Assembly: GCF_001194135.2 (NCBI RefSeq)
Contig: NC_068990.1
Coordinates: 906,432 to 970,431, forward strand
DNA length: 64,000 nt
Reading direction: 5' to 3'
DNA from: Octopus bimaculoides
Taxonomy: Eukaryota
The notes beneath the pieces are model-generated. The model had not been told where the DNA came from. It saw only the letters and a list, made by a program, of their open reading frames with translations, and did not search any database. The position numbers were made by a program, and so were the translations under genes. Shown here in pieces: positions 1 to 64,000 of the stretch. Position 1 is the stretch's first letter, and each line of letters opens with the position of its first letter.

Positions 1-258
1 CTAAATGGAGGAAATATTTTTTGAAGAAAATAATTTTTATTTCTATCTCAAAGATACTGAGGAATTTTAATAATAAAATTGGATAAAATGTTTTCCTTTT
101 TCTTTTTTATTAATTCTTCATAGAAATTCATGGCCATAGCTGGTTTCGTCTCAGCTTAGTTCTTTCCTAGTTTGCTTCTAACAAATTGGTGCAACTTACA
201 TGCTCCCTTGAAGAAAAACCAATTTTCTTGTTACGTGGGTGAATATAAGAACCCACAT

Positions 259-294
<36 letters not shown>

Positions 295-409
295 GAAGAA
301 GCTAATCTAAGTAAGCAATGGTAAAAATGGGTAAAGAATAAAGAAAAAAAGTATAATGAAATAAAAAATGAAAACACATTCTGCTGAAAATAGATAATTC
401 TTAGTAAAA

Positions 410-770
410 ATTCAATGATGATGATGATGAATATGATAAAGAAGAGGATGATGTTAACTATAACAATGATGACAGTTATGATGATGCTAGTACTGATAAT
501 GATGATGATGGTGGTGGTGGTGGCGATGATGATGATGATGATGGTGGCGATGATAATGATGAGTCTTGACTATATTGAAAGCAACAATGATGATGATGAT
601 GATAATGATGACGATGATAATGGTAATGATGATGATTACAATGGTGATGATGATAATGGCAATGATGGTGGTGATGATGGTGACGATGATGGTGATGGCG
701 GTGGCAGTGGTGATGAGGATGATGGTGGTGGTGGTGGTGGTGGTGGTGGTGGTGGTGACAGTGAAGTTAG
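410..770 (+). repeat. Compound trinucleotide low-complexity tract (ATG/GTG/GAC)
   Basis: Seen directly; similar tracts at about 7860-8100, 20290-20480, 30570-30710, 33125-33270 and 62050-62190. Confidence 0.95.
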
Positions 771-1598
771 GTAACCTACATAACCTAGCGGATTTGACTA
801 CTTTGTTTATCTGATCAACCAGCAGCTCAACCAAGTCTGCAGGGAGATTTCTATCAGAGGGCAGAGCTAAACTAAAGATAATCATGTTATATGGTGCTGA
901 AACAGGATAAAGGGCTTAAGTTTCCTTTTTTGTATTTTTTCTTTCTTTTTTGTTGTTTCCGTTTTATCTGGTGCTTGATTTGTTTCTCATCCCACAAAGC
1001 CTCCTTCTGTTCGATGATCCTATCCTGATGGAAATATGATGTTTCACTTCAATAAACCATTGCTTTTTAGGAGCGAGGAGTCGTGAAGACTGCTCATGTG
1101 CTGCATTTAAAGCAGTGGGTCTTAAACAGGGTGTCACAGAGTGCCACTGAGTGTCATGGCACATTTGCAAAGATTAGAACCAGGACTCTGGTTTCTTTGT
1201 TCTTTTCTCCCTAGCAACCTTTGAGTTCTTGCAAAAACACCACTGGTGTTACCTTTTCCCTTTTGATTTAGCTATAAAAAAAAAATCTGTGGCAATTTGC
1301 TATACTTGATAAGACTCATCGAGCAAAGTAAAACCGCTGCCTTCCACATATACAGGCTTGTCCTTTCAGGTGCCAGTGCTGCATTAATGCACCCATGCCG
1401 GTGCTGCATAGATGCACCCATGCTGGTGGCACGTAGAAAGCACCTAAGCACACTCTGTTAAGTGGTTGGTGTTAGGAAGGGCTTCCAGCTGTAGAAACTA
1501 TGCCATAACAGACAGCTCAGTGTCAAACCATGCCAACATGAAAAGTGGACGTTAAACGATGATGATGATGGTGATTTAAATTGATAAGATCAACTTAC

Positions 1599-63690
<62,092 letters not shown>

Positions 63691-64000
63691 CTGCAGGATA
63701 ATAGAAAAAATTCACATATATTTTAAAAGTATGAATACACATCCAAATGTATACACAGTTGCACACTCATGACACAAATATATATACACACACACACACA
63801 CATATATATATTACCCATACCACCATGGACAACAGATGTTAAATGATGATAATGATGATACATATGCAGGGTATTAGAGCTAAATTTGATGATTTGATGT
63901 ACTGGTGAACTGTCAATGGTGTTGGAGAGCATAAAGACAAAAGTTATCTGACGCAGAGGTTTGGAAGAGACATCTGTATTTTGGAAAAGAGTTACTTGTG

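Noticed and set aside
415-885. ORFs rich in poly-M/D/G/T/H
   Set aside because: Products of trinucleotide low-complexity DNA; no splice or homology support
900-1024. Possible next IFT88 exon after acceptor tttccatcag
   Set aside because: Joining it to exon 19 (phase 1) gives an immediate TGA; no match to the expected CLRFLVRLC segment and no donor found

Overview
AT-rich, repeat-dense animal genomic DNA with 10 N-gaps. The SINE families, microsatellite load and gap style point to an octopus, possibly Octopus bimaculoides; this is inference from memory, not a database match. Almost the whole window lies inside one minus-strand gene, IFT88 (intraflagellar transport 88, a TPR protein). I traced 19 consecutive coding exons (63690 down to 1599; 2002 nt, 667 codons + 1 nt) with consistent splice phases. 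The first coding exon(s) and the last exons lie outside the window. One intron (9874-14851) has minor-spliceosome (U12, GT-AG) signals. The introns hold several tRNA-headed SINE families, RTE LINE relics, a deleted Gypsy with its 3' LTR, mariner, hAT, piggyBac-type and Helentron-type non-autonomous elements, a Helitron helicase C-terminus, a 28S rRNA fragment and a C2H2 zinc-finger relic. The most unusual observations are three. First, a tRNA-headed SINE whose tail carries a decayed Penelope-type minimal hammerhead ribozyme (16303-16555). Second, a 1.4-kb orientation-switching minisatellite packed with HSE/STAT/Rel-like motifs and fused to the Helitron helicase end (55681-57334). Third, candidate cryptic exons and a candidate internal promoter inside IFT88 introns. 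Repeat boundaries without a stated TSD are approximate.
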